Assembly (NCBI GenBank): GCA_951406725.2
Contig: OX597836.1
Location: forward strand, 34,100,001-34,164,000
Source of the DNA: Octopus vulgaris
Lineage: Eukaryota
Direction of reading: 5' to 3'
Length of the DNA: 64,000 nucleotides
Part shown: in pieces, positions 44,067 through 58,298 of the stretch
How the letters are laid out: the number at the start of each line of letters is the position of its first letter
Position numbering within the stretch: the stretch's first letter is position 1
The notes under the pieces: generated by a model
What the model saw: only the letters and a program-made list of their open reading frames with translations
Database searches by the model: none
Told to the model about the DNA's origin: nothing
Made by a program: the position numbers and the translations under genes

Positions 44067-44567
44067 TCCATATTTTCTATCACTATATAAGGTACTAATA
44101 TTTATTGAAATCATTTAGGAAATTATCTAAAGGATATTTACTTAAATTTCTTGATATAGAATCTGGCTGTTAAATGGTAAGGGACATTGAAAACCTCTAG
44201 AGCATTAGTAGTCTCTGTCCCCCCTGCCCCTCTAGCTTCAACCTGCTAGCTTTTGCTAGAATACATTCAAATATATCTAAACTGAATTTCTCAAAACGAG
44301 GATGGGTTTATGGTTTTGACATTTGTACTACTCCTTCCTATATCTATAAATAGAAAAAAATCTTGTTGGTCTCCATTCAACCAAGAATAAAAACCCCTCC
44401 CCACTGATAGATCTAAATAACAAAGTGAACTCAATGATAAAATCTACAGATGGAGAAGGACCTTCTACTACCATGTTCTTAAGAATGAAATCAACCTCCC
44501 TGTCTATATATCTACCCTCCTTATAATATTGGCAAATGAAATAAGGATAAGAATGTGCATTGTCCGT

Positions 44568-44690
44568 TTAATTGGAAAATTCTATAAGTGGCTGAAGATT
44601 GCTCGACATTTTGAAACTGATGTAATACTTACAGTGTTTAATAAAATGAAGTAGCATGAAACAATTGTACTACTCTACCTTGGATATCCT
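44568..44690 (+). repeat. Repeat with degenerate hammerhead-like motif (44585-44631); reverse copy at 60847-60966
   Basis: TAAGT-GG-CTGAAGA..GAAAC-TGAT-GTA-ATACTTA; stem II poor. Confidence 0.55.
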
Positions 44691-45668
44691 TGTTGCTTAT
44701 TTTGATTATATATAACTTCTACCTTATGGGAGAGCGTGCTAGTTAAAGGGAGAGAATCGCCTCTAAGTTTATTCTCTGAGAAATTTTTGTCAAAGAGTGA
44801 AAAGAGAATATATACAGTAATATCAGATCCCGTTGAAAGTATGTGATAGAGGTTTATTCATTGTCTTTTAATTTATTTTGGATCACTTCCCCTGCGTAAA
44901 TTAGTCAGGTGAAGAAATTGTTAAACGCGAAAAATATTGCAAAATACATAAAAATGCATACTGCATATATTAATAACTCTGTCTAATTTTTGGCACAAAG
45001 ACAGCAATTTTGAAGGACGGAAAAATCGATGATATCGGTCCACGTGCACAACTGCTGCTTATTTTATGGACCTCAAAATGACGAAGGGTAAAGTCTACAT
45101 TGGCGGCACTTGAACTCTGGACGTAAATCCAGAAAGAATGTTGTTAAACATTTTGTCCGGCACGCTAACGATTCGGCCAACTCGCTGGCTTGGTATTTTG
45201 CATAGAAAGGTTTCAAATTTTGACCCAGTACGAAACCCGCGAGCGAGCGCAGAAAACACGAGCGATGGCGCCGTTCCCGGCAGCAAAATTAAGCTGGGCG
45301 GAATTTTAACTCACAACGTAAAGAGCGGACGAAACGCCACAAAGCATTTTGTCCGGTGTTCAGACGAATCTGCTAAATACATAGCATAGAATAACAAGAA
45401 AAAAAATTCAGCTTTAAAATGTCGAGATTAATATTGTCAGTGTAAATACATTCCTTCAGTTTTATAGTATGCTAAATTTGAAAAAAAACCCATAAAATTG
45501 AAGATCAATAGTTTTAAATTAAAGGTAATAAAGAAAGAGAATACAGTTCTATATTTAAGAGATGAGGAATTATGTACATTATTTACATCATTTACATTCG
45601 ACAGATATTTGTCCTCAACTTGTTTGTTGTTAACACAAAGTTTCGGCTGATATATGCCATATACCCAC

Positions 45669-45741
45669 GGGCATATGGCGTAGCGTTTAAGAGCGCGGGC
45701 TACTAAGCCCAAGATTCCTAGTTCGATTCCAAGCAGTGACC
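45669..45741 (+). promoter_or_regulatory. tRNA-derived Pol III internal promoter (SINE head)
   Basis: A-box-like TGGCGTAGCGTT, anticodon-arm-like GGGC-TACTAA-GCCC, B box GTTCGATTCC at 45721-45730. Confidence 0.8.
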
Positions 45742-45743
45742 TG

Positions 45744-45865
<122 letters not shown>

Positions 45866-45932
45866 TAATAATAGTAATAGTAACATCGAAGAATACCTTA
45901 GGGATGAGAACCCAGGTTCGAAATTTCCCCAA

Positions 45933-45978
45933 GACACCTGATGAAGGCTGGAGGGTATATCAGCCGAAACGTTGTGTT
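45933..45978 (+). ncRNA. Minimal type-I hammerhead ribozyme, intact core
   Basis: GACAC-CTGATGA-A-GGCTG-GAGGGTATAT-CAGCC-GAA-ACGT-T-GTGTT. Palindromic ACGT stem III as in dimer-cleaving PLE hammerheads; predicted cut after 45973. Confidence 0.8.
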
Positions 45979-46531
45979 CACAACAAACAAGATGAGGACA
46001 AATATCCGTCGAATCTAAATAATGTAAATAATGTAAATGATGTAAATAAAGAAAGAGTTATGCAAATTAAATATGTAACGTTTCATGATATATTACTATT
46101 TGGTGGATCTGTTTAGTGGGGGAGGTTATATATGTTTATAAGTAGCCTGAAAAAATTTTATGAAAAAATTCATGTCTGCATTTGTTGAAGATCTCTGATC
46201 TAAAAATTGTCAACAGATGTAATAAAGTTCCTAAGTATGAAATACGTGTGTTTAAGTCGCACTTCTGTACGGCTTGCTGCATATTTCTACTGCTCTACGG
46301 ATTGTAGCATTTAGCTTTTAGTTCTATATCTATACAGCATGCAACTCTGAAAGGATCTTCATTTGATATCGAAAAGAACCTGAACCAGGTACTTTCAATT
46401 CCCAAACATAGACGCATAAATTGCCTTCGTCCCTCTTTCCTCTATTCCTGAAAGGGGAGAAGCATAATTGAAATGTCAATGCTTAAATTTTATCCCGCCC
46501 CGCGCGCTCCATATCGACTGTGGAATGAAGG

Positions 46532-46567
<36 letters not shown>

Positions 46568-47141
46568 CGAACGCGAATTTGACGAATGCGATGATGACGA
46601 ACGCGATGACGATATCGAATGTGATAATAATGTCGACAGTAATCATCGTCGTCGTCGTCTTCGTCGTTCTCCTCGTCATCACCCTTCCTTACCTCTTCCT
46701 CTTCCTCCTCTTCATCATCATCGTCATCATCATCATCAGGAGCAGCAGCATCGACGTCACCATAAACATCCACTACAGCTGTCCGTTACAATTTATTGGG
46801 CTGTCTATAATTCCGATTTAAACTTTTCATTTTTCATCTACGTTGTATTATATACGCACATGTATATTTGCATACATGCATGCATACATGCATACATACA
46901 TACATACATACATACATACATACATACATACATACTTACATACATTACATACATTTATACATGCATGCATACAATCATGTGTGTTTAGATATACCAGCAC
47001 ATAGAGGTGCATAAATATATATATATATATATATGTATGTATATATGTATATACATGTATATACACATATATACTGACCATATGTTTATAAATACATACA
47101 TATAGATATGCATAATTATATGTATATACATATATACGTGA

Positions 47142-47205
<64 letters not shown>

Positions 47206-47210
47206 GTGTA

Positions 47211-47248
<38 letters not shown>

Positions 47249-47284
47249 ATGTGTATATATAAATATGTATATGTACATATTTAT

Positions 47285-47364
<80 letters not shown>

Positions 47365-47391
47365 ATACACACCCGCGCGTGCATATGCGAA

Positions 47392-47430
<39 letters not shown>

Positions 47431-47677
47431 GTGCGGCTTATATAGAAATATCCGAATCGATGTGTCAGGCAGAATTTACGTCAACTGCTAACTACAGACC
47501 GGGATTTGAGACGTGGAATTACAAAGGATATTGTAGACGTTTGATATCACAGCTCTACAGCCAACGCATATATCACATGCTTCTCCAATTTTATTTTATC
47601 TGATTCCCCTACCTTTTCCACTCTGTTCATTCCCGAAACTCCTTGTTTTGCCGTCTGCCTCATAAATTGTAAAGTCA

Positions 47678-48600
47678 ACCACCACCACCACCACCACTAT
47701 CACTACCGCCACCATTATCACCACCACCACCACCACCACCACCACCACCACCACCACCACCACTACCACCACTACTACCACTACCACCACCACCACCACC
47801 ACTATCATCACCACCACCATCACCACCACAACCACCACAACCACCACCACCACCACCACCACCACCACCACCACACCACCATCACTACCATCACCACCGT
47901 CACTACTATCACCACCACCACTACCACCACCACCACAACAACCACAACCACCACCACCACAACCACAACCACAACTACCATCACAACCACCACCACCATC
48001 ACCACCATTACCACCACTACTATCACCACCACCACCACCACTACCACCACCACAACCACCACCACAACCACCACCACAACCACCACCACAACCACAACCA
48101 CCACCACAACCACCACCACCACCACAACCACCACCACAACCACATCCACAACCACAACCACAACCACAACCACCATCACAACCCCCACCACAACCACCAT
48201 CACCACCACAACCACCACAACCACTACCACCAATACCACTATCACCACCAGCACTAACCACCGCCGCCACTACCAACAGCACCATGAACATCACTGCAAT
48301 CATCTTCGCCATCATCACCAACGGTACCACCGTCACCACTACAGCTACTATCACCACCACCACCACCACCGACATCACAGCTGCCGCCGCCACTTCCGAT
48401 GCGCCCACTCACACTACCAAAACCACTACTACAATCACCACCGCAACCACCACCTCATCACCACCACCCTTCACCACCAACATCTGATCACCTCCATCAC
48501 CACCACCACCACCATCACATCCACCACCACTACAACTACTACAGCCACCGCCACCACTACCAGCACCACCACTACAACCAACACAACATGCACCACTAAC
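47678..48600. repeat. Degenerate (ACC/ACA/ACT)n array
   Basis: Visible tandem repeat. Confidence 0.95.
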
Positions 48601-48678
48601 CCTACCTCCACCACTGCCGACACCAACCCACCACCATTGCTTCGAATTTTCAGAAACACTACCGCAACCTAACCACTG

Positions 48679-48940
48679 ATCTAGTGGTTGAGCTATTGCA
48701 CTCATGATCGCTGGATCGTGGGTTCGATTCTCTGATAGGGCGGCAGGTTGTGTTCTTGACCAAAGCACTTCGTTTCACATTGATCCAGTCACCTCTTTTT
48801 GATCGGGGGTGGGGTTGCTTGTTCGCCTAGCAAGCGGAGTGGCGTCATTTGAAGGCTAAAACAAGGCAAAAAAGCGAATTGTGACCAGCGGTGTGTAACA
48901 ACGTCTGATAGCCACCTGCTCGGTCACGTGGTCACGTGAC
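48679..48940 (+). mobile_element. SINE family C variant (head H2 + tail T2)
   Basis: GGGTTCGATTC B box, GTTGTGTTCTTGACCAAAGCACTT core, tail GGCGTCATTTGAAGGCTAAAACAA..GGTCACGTG. Confidence 0.8.
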
Positions 48941-49097
48941 TACCAGAATCACCAACATCAGCATCACGATTATACCATCGTCTTTACCATCATAAAATGA
49001 GTTCTTTACGTTTTACTCGAACCATTCCGCATGAGGATTTGTCAGATTTTAAATTTTATTCTACAAGTGGCTGTGCGGTAAGAAACTTGCTTCAAAA

Positions 49098-49535
49098 GGC
49101 GGCGAGCTGGCAGAAACGTTAGCACACCGGGCGAAATGTTTGCGGTGTTTCGTCTGCCGCTACTTTCTGAGTTCAAATTCCGCCGAGGTCAACTTTGCCT
49201 TTCATCCTTTCGGGGTCGACTAAATAAGTACCAGTTACGCACTGGAGTCGTTATAATCGACTTAATCCGTTTGTCTATCCTTGTTTGCCTCTCTGTGTTT
49301 AGCCCCTTGTGGTTAGTAAAGAAATAGGTATTTTGTCTTTCTTTACGTTCTGAGTTCAAATTCCGCCGAGGTCAACTTTGCCTTTCATCCTTTCGGGGTC
49401 GATAAAATAAGTACCAGTTACGCACTGGAGTCGTTATAATCGACTTAATCCGTTTGACTATCCTTGTTTGTCCTCTCTGTGTTTAGCCCCTTGTGGGTAG
49501 TAAAGAAATAGGTATTTCGTCTGCCGTTACGTTCC
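49098..49535 (+). mobile_element. SINE family A, head-to-tail multimer
   Basis: Full copy, then a second body from ~49327 and the start of a third at ~49511. Confidence 0.92.
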
Positions 49536-49995
49536 GAATATTTTGGATAAACAGTTATTTAAAAGTTCCTTATTTTCAAATGCCTGATAAATCAGCAGGT
49601 AAAATAATACATCGCGTTTCTGCCAGTTCGCCAGCTCGCCGCCTTATTTCAGCTTCTTTCAGTTTCCGTCTATCAAATCCACTTACAAGGCTTTGACCGG
49701 CTCGAGGCCATAAAAGACACTTTTCTCGAGGTCCATGCGTTGGGCCTGATCCCGGAACCATGTGGTTGAGAAGCAAGCTTCTTACTACGTGTCTGTGTGT
49801 GTGTGTGTGTGTTTTAAACAAGAATCTTAGAAACTTCGATGGAACGTGATACCATTCGTTTTTCACGGTTGAATTCATAGTTGTTGTAGCCATCAATTTA
49901 TGCGTATAAATGTAGGGTTTAAAAAACCCCTTTAAATAGGAAGGCGGAACGTTTCTCTATCCAAAAGGTTTTTTAACCGAAACACTTATACACTA

Positions 49996-50189
<194 letters not shown>

Positions 50190-50208
50190 CATATATATAT
50201 ATATACAA

Positions 50209-50279
<71 letters not shown>

Positions 50280-50358
50280 GTATGTATATATATGTATACG
50301 TTACATAAATATATTTATCTATACTTGTAGTAATACATAAACACGTCTTACATATATG

Positions 50359-50426
<68 letters not shown>

Positions 50427-50428
<2 letters not shown>

Positions 50429-50712
50429 AGAGATAAAACCACTTTATGTAAAACAAACAAGTATATACTTAATCAATACATAAAATTATAATATATATAC
50501 ATATATCCCACATCAATATACATATATGATCTACAATAGTGGACTTCATAAGTCAGTTTCAAATTATAAAGTCTTATAATTTGAAACTCACTTATTGAAG
50601 TCCACGACATTGTCATCAAGACAAACGATTGTAGTGCGGACTATTTATTAAATTTTATGTATTGATTAAGTCTTTCCTTGTTTGTTTTACAAAATAGTGG
50701 TTTTGTCTCTAA
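50427..50712. repeat. Nested inverted repeats between (TA)n tracts
   Basis: Outer arms ~50427-50488 and ~50652-50712; inner hairpin 50539-50605. Confidence 0.8.
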
Positions 50713-50797
50713 TAATATTTTATATTTTACTATAAAATTGGATTTAATCCTAAATCTGATTTTTTTCCCTGTAAATTTGGATTTATTCCCTAATATT

Positions 50798-50863
<66 letters not shown>

Positions 50864-50997
50864 ATTTATATATACATTTATATATATATATGTATATATA
50901 GATATTTACGCATTATATATATATATATATCCGCATCATATATATATATATATAGTCGCATACACACACACGCACACACACACACACACACACACAT

Positions 50998-51033
<36 letters not shown>

Positions 51034-51339
51034 CACACATAGAATTTGAAATAGCGTGTATATTGATATTTTATAATATTTTACTCGGGGGTGGGGGGAG
51101 AATGAGGTGGGTGGTTGCTGGAGAAAAAATGTCTTCCAGCCGAGAAAGCAAATTCCAATGACAGACCATCAATAAATGAAAGAATTCCACTGGGGAGAAT
51201 AAAATGCAAGGCTGAAAACAATGGAAATTTCGCGAAGGGACCTCTGCTGGAAAATTTATTTTTCTGATTGTTTTGAAGAAATTTAAGTCGTAGTCTTGCG
51301 AAAGTGTCTTTTTCTTTACTTTGTTTCTTATTTATTGAG

Positions 51340-51342
<3 letters not shown>

Positions 51343-51407
<65 letters not shown>

Positions 51408-51410
51408 TTA

Positions 51411-51490
<80 letters not shown>

Positions 51491-51552
51491 TTATTATTAT
51501 TATTATTGTTATTGTTTTATATTATTATTATTATTATTATTATTATTTTATA

Positions 51553-51587
<35 letters not shown>

Positions 51588-51613
51588 TTATATTTTTATT
51601 ATTATTATTATTA

Positions 51614-51660
<47 letters not shown>

Positions 51661-51675
51661 TTTATTTTTATTTTT

Positions 51676-51706
<31 letters not shown>

Positions 51707-51720
51707 TTATTATTATTTTT
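51343..51720. repeat. (ATT)n microsatellite
   Basis: Visible tandem repeat. Confidence 0.95.
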
Positions 51721-52259
51721 TTTTTTTGCTGTCTAACAATTCTAGTATTGTCGATTCTTTCCATTAAATTCTGAAATCTGTCCCACTTGATATTGCACGT
51801 AGACACGAGAAAGAAATGTTAAAAACATAATAAAGAAGAGAATAAAGATAAAACAAAGTATCGTATAAAAAAAAATACAAGCGCTGCGTTGAAATATTTT
51901 TAATAAAGTACAGGCATACCTCAACTTACGTCAGTAATTAGTTTCAAGACATGCGAATTAACGGAAGACGAAAGCCATTAAAACAAAATCATTAGCTTAT
52001 ATCTATTTCGATAAATATTTTGTACATATTTTCACGAGTATTTTATTTGATTTTCCGCTCCTGTCTTGATTTTTAGGTTGTTGTTTTTTTTTCTTTTTTC
52101 ATTTCGTATCTTATGTCTTAAGTGTGTTTGCTGATACCGACAAGGGCGGGTAAATCGACTGATGTTGGAGTTTATTAGTTGCCATTAATTTCTTAAAAGA
52201 ACGACGTAAGGTCGAAAAAAAAAGTCGTAAGATGAGATATGCCTGTATATGGAATATAC

Positions 52260-52325
<66 letters not shown>

Positions 52326-52431
52326 GTGGTGATGATGATGATGATGATGAAATAAAGAACAGTGTGTTTAAAAAATAGAGTATTTTTGACGCTTAAAATA
52401 AAATAGTCAATTCTCACACATGTGATTCCAT

Positions 52432-52850
52432 AGGAGTGGCTGTGTGGTAAGCAGCTTGCTTACCAACCACATGGTTCCGGGTTCAGTCCCACTGCGTGGC
52501 ACCTTCGGTAAGTGTTTTCTACTATAACCTCGGACCGACCAAAGCCTTGTGAGTGGATTTTAGTAGACGGAAACTGAAAGAAGCCCGTCATATATATGTA
52601 TATATATATATGTGTGTGTGTGTGTTTATATGTTTGTGTGTCTCTGTTTGTCCTCCCCCCCAACATCGCTTGACAACCGATGCTGGTGTGTTTACGTCCC
52701 CGTAACTTAGCGGTTCGGCAAAAGACACCGATACAATAAGTACTAGGCTTACAAAAGAATAAGTCCTGGGGTCGATTTGCTCGACTAAAGGCGGTACTCC
52801 ACCATGGCCGCAGTCAAATGACTGAAACAAGTTAAAGTGTAAAAGAGTAG
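52432..52850 (+). mobile_element. SINE family B, full length, central TA/TG tract
   Basis: GGAGTGGCTGTGTGGTAAG (A box), GGGTTCAGTCCC (B box), CACCTT.GG.AAGTG core, tail ending TGACTGAAACAAG. More than 10 partial copies in the window. Confidence 0.92.
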
Positions 52851-52899
52851 CAGTTTGAACGAACGACCCGAGAAGTTAAACTTGTGCAGATATTTCTCG

Positions 52900-53415
52900 G
52901 AAATCTCAATTTGCAATTACAGTCTCTCCTAACAACTGGATGTTGAACAAGAATTAAACTATGTTAACTGAAAATTTCAAGAAATGAAATGGTAATACAT
53001 TGTACCTTCAAAAGATATTACATTGTACGACACGAACGTGTACCAGATTTTGTGGATTATCTATGATATCTCTTGAACACGACCTTAGCTCTCAGTTTGA
53101 TTATTCTGAACTGATCGAGGATTTCGCGAAGCAAATATTGCGCCATGTTTGTCTTTGAATGTTGCCTGGATTATAAAAGTGTTCTTTTATTCATATCTGG
53201 AAGTTTTACTTATTGAAACTTGTAATAGACCTAAATAGATTTAACTCGTACTTTCAAAGATGTTCTTTAGGATAACGTGAAATATTGAACTTCAGTTAGA
53301 GTAAAGTAAAATATAGTTGTGAATAAAAGGTGCGTAGATTATGAACTTTGATTGAAGGAATGGGGCCTCAAAAGTAAAGTTGCAAAGGGCCTCTAAAACT
53401 CACGAGACGGAGCTG
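52900..53415 (+). mobile_element. hAT transposon 3' fragment
   Basis: 53054-53158 encodes GLSMISLEHDLSSQFDYSELIEDFAKQILRHVCL* (hAT C-terminal dimerisation-like). GGGCCTC subterminal repeats and GAGACGGAGCTG TIR-like end. Confidence 0.65.
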
Positions 53416-53826
53416 ACTGTAATCGACTAACCCTATTCCCCAGAATTGCTGGCCTTGTAAACCGTTATTCTATCATAACCATAACTATCTTGGTCGTGGA
53501 GCAATGAGTTAACGATTCTACAATTTCCGGAGAAGTGCACATGACAAAATTTCAAAAGACTAATCAGAAACCTGGAGGGAGAGTAAGATAGTGTTAGTCA
53601 TCAGGTGCTATCTTAGGGGGTCATCTCATTGACCTTGCTATGCTGGGTTCCCGCCTTTTGTTTTCGGACGGATGATTGCTGATTTTTTCAGTCTAAGACT
53701 GCAGGACAAGTTCTTCTTACATTTGTAATTGCAGTTGTATATGTTTAAGCGTGTGGGAGTTTATACACACACATACACGCATATATAGACACATCAATAC
53801 ATATATAAATATATATGCACATACAG

Positions 53827-53944
<118 letters not shown>

Positions 53945-54771
53945 TCACACGTACATATGCATATGTCTTTGTCAACATACATACACACACACACACAGTC
54001 ATATATAGACACCCATGCATGCACACAAATAGGCAGCTAGATAGATAAGTATGTATGCATATGTGAGCGTTCGCGCATGCGTAAATGTATATACATAAAC
54101 ATGAATGTACATACGTATGTATGTATACATATATACACATATATATACATACAAACATATATGTGTGTATATATGTACGTATATATGTATGTATGTTTGT
54201 ATGTATATATAAATATATATATATTTGCATATATATATATGTATATATATATGTGTTTATATACATATATATATTACGTATTCTTATGTGTACGTTTTGC
54301 ATAAAAATTATATGAACATATATGTGTACGTATGTTTGTCTGGTGCCTGTGAGAAAATTTTGGATATATATATGTGTCTAAATAGCTATGCCTACACACA
54401 CACACACACAAACACACACCAACACATACACACAAACACACACACACATATATATAAGTATATATATATATATGTATATAAATACATTTGTGATTGCATA
54501 CACACATACATACGTACATATACTCATAAACATATACACACAGACCTTCACATGCAAATATATTCACAAACGCAGGCAGACAGACACACTAGTATAAGAG
54601 AAACGTTACACATAAAGACACACACACACACACAACCAACAAACATAAATACAAACAAATTTAATAAATTACTGTTTCATCAAAGCAACTTTCTGATTAT
54701 TTTCACAGAAAGCCGTCTCAGTGACTAGCCATATCTTATATAACAAATAGCAATAAAACATTCTAGAAGAT

Positions 54772-54818
<47 letters not shown>

Positions 54819-54947
54819 CTTATATGTGTATATATATATATATATATACCCTCGTCATACATTATGCACGTAGCACTGTTTTTGTTTATTTATTTTGTGG
54901 GTTTTGTTTATTTTGCTTTATGCTAGCTGGTATTTTGTTTTCTGTTT

Positions 54948-54959
54948 TATTACTATTAC

Positions 54960-54998
<39 letters not shown>

Positions 54999-54999
54999 G

Positions 55000-55046
<47 letters not shown>

Positions 55047-55066
55047 GATTATTATTATTATTATCA

Positions 55067-55134
<68 letters not shown>

Positions 55135-55165
55135 GTTGTTGTTGTTGCTGCTGTTGTTGTTGTTA
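54948..55165. repeat. (ATT)n/(GTT)n microsatellite
   Basis: Visible tandem repeat. Confidence 0.95.
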
Positions 55166-55285
55166 TTGTGTTTGGTTTCGCCTACGTTCTAATAGTTTGC
55201 CATATAGTTGCATTTTCTGAATCGGCGGAATCGAATATGACACACAAACACACACACACACATACGCACACAAACACACACACAA

Positions 55286-55316
<31 letters not shown>

Positions 55317-55325
55317 CACATACAA

Positions 55326-55356
<31 letters not shown>

Positions 55357-55450
55357 CACACTCACACAAATATGTATGTATGTGTGCCTCTGTGTGTGTG
55401 TGTATGTGTGTGGTAGTCGAGGTTTTTGTGCGTATATTTATTTGTGTGCT

Positions 55451-55497
<47 letters not shown>

Positions 55498-55544
55498 CTA
55501 GTATATACATACATACATACATACATACATTCATACATGCATAC

Positions 55545-55581
<37 letters not shown>

Positions 55582-55586
<5 letters not shown>

Positions 55587-56825
55587 GGTGTTTGAGGACA
55601 GATTTAAGGTTTTCAAAATTGCTCATACAATAACAGAAAAAAACTGTATTTATATAAAAATAACATAAACATAAAGGTAAATTATAAATTTAATAATTTC
55701 ATTCGATAAAACCACCGTAACTGCCTCTACGCGGGGTCGAAATCGCTTACAAGCTCGGATTAAGTGATCTTTGTTTATATCGGACATGACTTGAACTATG
55801 GCGGCTTTTCAAGAATGTTTGGTGCTATGGGAATTTTCATTGACAATTTTTTCAACGGTGCTCCGTACACAGTGGTCCAGTGGATTGAGATCTGGAGAAT
55901 TAGGAGCCCAAATGTTGTGGGTGATGTGATCATGCAAATTGTCGGCTATCCATTCTTGTATCATTTGAGCCTTGTGTGATGGCATAGAATTTTGTTGAAA
56001 GACTTAAGACTTTCCATTGCACACACTGTTGATTCCAGGTTTGACAACTTTAGCCAGAACCTCAATATACGCAGCAGCCTTCATCATAAGGCCTTCTAGA
56101 GAAAAGGTGAGGTGGTGTGTCTTTCATTGCTAACAACACCCAAGACCATGACACTTGCAGGAAATTTTGTGTGCATTAACTCTTGGATCCTCAGATGGTT
56201 CTGCACATACCCATCTGTCATTTCTTCAGTTAGTTTTCTGGTCCTGGTCAAAGTCTTTCTCATCTGAGAAAAACCGAATCACACCACCTGATGGATTTTT
56301 ATGTTTGTTCAAAAGTCTTTTGGGTCTGATTAAACAGGTTTCTTTTGTTTTTTTTTTCTTACCTGAATTGACCTCTCCTCATCAGGTAAGATTCGTATCT
56401 GATGTCTTCAAGCACAATATTTCTAATTGCTTTTCTTGACACACGAGAAATTTTTTTGCAATTGACCTTATTGATTTTCCTGGATTGTCTTCAATCTTTT
56501 GCTCAAGTTCCTGAATAAATTTTCTGATAGAATCAGAGCATTTGGAATGCTTTTTACGTTTTGATACAGGTAATACGCTTCCATTTTCTTTCTCTAACTC
56601 ACACCGAATCTTGTGGACAAAAGACCTTGGAACTTTCAGTAAACGAGAAATTTCTTAATCACCATGCTTAGCCTTCAAGGCCACAATCACAGCATGTCTT
56701 TTCATTTCACTAGTAAGCATAGGGCCTGTCATTGTTATTTTCTGAATTAGAAGTTCAACAAAAATTAGCCAAATAAAATAATGACTAAAAATGTATATGT
56801 CCTCAAATACCGTCCGCACCTTGTG
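55582..56825 (-). mobile_element. Near full-length decayed maT/DD37D-like transposon (Tc1/mariner superfamily)
   Basis: Minus strand: EMKRHAVIVALKAKHGD*EIS..., EDNPGKSIRSIA, FFSDEKDFDQDQKTN, QQNSMPSHKAQMIQEWIADNL..WAPNSPDLNPLDHCV. Imperfect TIRs (ACGGT(G/A)TTTGAGGACA) flanked by TA. Confidence 0.88.
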
Positions 56826-56840
56826 TAGATATAGTGAATG

Positions 56841-56957
56841 CACATGGCTAAGTTGTTAGGGTGTTGCACTCACGATTGTGAAATCGTAGGTTCGATTCCC
56901 AGACCGGGCGTTGTGTTGTGTCCTTGATCAAAGAACTTCATTTCACATTGCTCTGCG

Positions 56958-56960
<3 letters not shown>
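56841..56960 (+). mobile_element. SINE family C head (H2)
   Basis: TGGCTAAGTTGTTAGG, GGTTCGATTCC, GTTGTGTCCTTGATCAAAG. Confidence 0.8.
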
Positions 56961-57027
<67 letters not shown>

Positions 57028-57137
57028 TACATATATATATATATATATGTTATATACATATATACATATATATACATATACGTGTATACACACACATACA
57101 TATACATATATATATATTTATTTATTTATATGCATGC

Positions 57138-57183
<46 letters not shown>

Positions 57184-57221
57184 GTATATATATATATAGA
57201 TAGATGCATACATACATATAC

Positions 57222-57268
<47 letters not shown>

Positions 57269-57442
57269 AATGCATGGATATATACATATACATGTATATA
57301 TATATACATGTGCATATATATATATACATGTATATATATACATGTATATATATACATATATATATATACATGTATATATATATATACATGTGCATATATA
57401 AATACATATACACACATACATATACATATATTTATTTATATG

Positions 57443-57476
<34 letters not shown>

Positions 57477-58027
57477 TACATATTTGGACTGCATTACAGA
57501 ATATACAGGTATACTACAGAATATATATATAGATGAATAAATTGCAATCCGACACTGCAGATAAATAAACAGATGTATCTCGCTTGATATTTGATATCGT
57601 TTTGGACAGAAAATGAGAGACCAGATAAACTGGTTGCAATATTTGCATTGGAATTTCGTCGGGTCTCTCTTAATTGTCCATAAAAATATTCCCCTGAACC
57701 ACTGTTACTTAGAGCTTAAATAAATCGAATTGACTGATTTGCATATATGATGCTTCTTTAATAATGGCTCGATATATTACTGTTCGTAACACTGGTATCC
57801 CAGAATCCCTAGCGCCGACATGCTGAGTTGTGTAATGAACACACTGTAGTCGTAAAAGAGAGAAGTCGTTCTCCTGTAACACACGCCTAGCCGAGACTAG
57901 TATTACTTTCGTTCGAATCCGCTGGACGCATGAAGAATAAATATGCAAATCAAAGTTTCAGATCTCACTGTACACAGTGCAAATAACGATAATTTTTTTA
58001 AAAAGCAGTGTTTACATTTATGATATA

Positions 58028-58240
58028 CATATATGGAAAAAAAGTCAAGCTAGAAAATGCTAAAATAATTTTATAAAAAACATTTCAGTACCGGTTTCAG
58101 TCATTGAGATTTTTTCAACTGTAAGTATGGAAAACAATTAAATTTGGAAAAATGAAAAGAAAAGTTTTTTCAAAGAATATTTGTATAGTGTTCAAATACA
58201 AGGGGCATTTTCCTTGTTTCTGTCTTCTCTGTCTCTCTTG

Positions 58241-58243
<3 letters not shown>
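58028..58243 (-). repeat. Copy of the U3:A8 hammerhead repeat (motif 58086-58121)
   Basis: Reverse complement of 34395-34530, with extension. Confidence 0.8.

Positions 58244-58293
<50 letters not shown>

Positions 58294-58298
<5 letters not shown>

Noticed and set aside
42900-44560. Possible decayed PLE reverse transcriptase on the minus strand, upstream of the 44585 motif
   Set aside because: Only vague motif echoes (ISINIDS, RYIEFF) among many stops; not supportable without a profile search.
45669-45741. Functional tRNA gene (also other SINE heads)
   Set aside because: Acceptor and T stems are mismatched, there is no terminator, and the heads are fused to repeat bodies.
47596-48408. 270 aa Gly/Cys/Val-rich ORF resembling a structural protein
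   Set aside because: It is the reverse strand of a degenerate (ACC/ACA)n array, and other frames are open too.
49905-49991. Imperfect ~90 nt hairpin
   Set aside because: AT-rich with many mismatches and single copy here; cannot separate it from chance or a decayed MITE.
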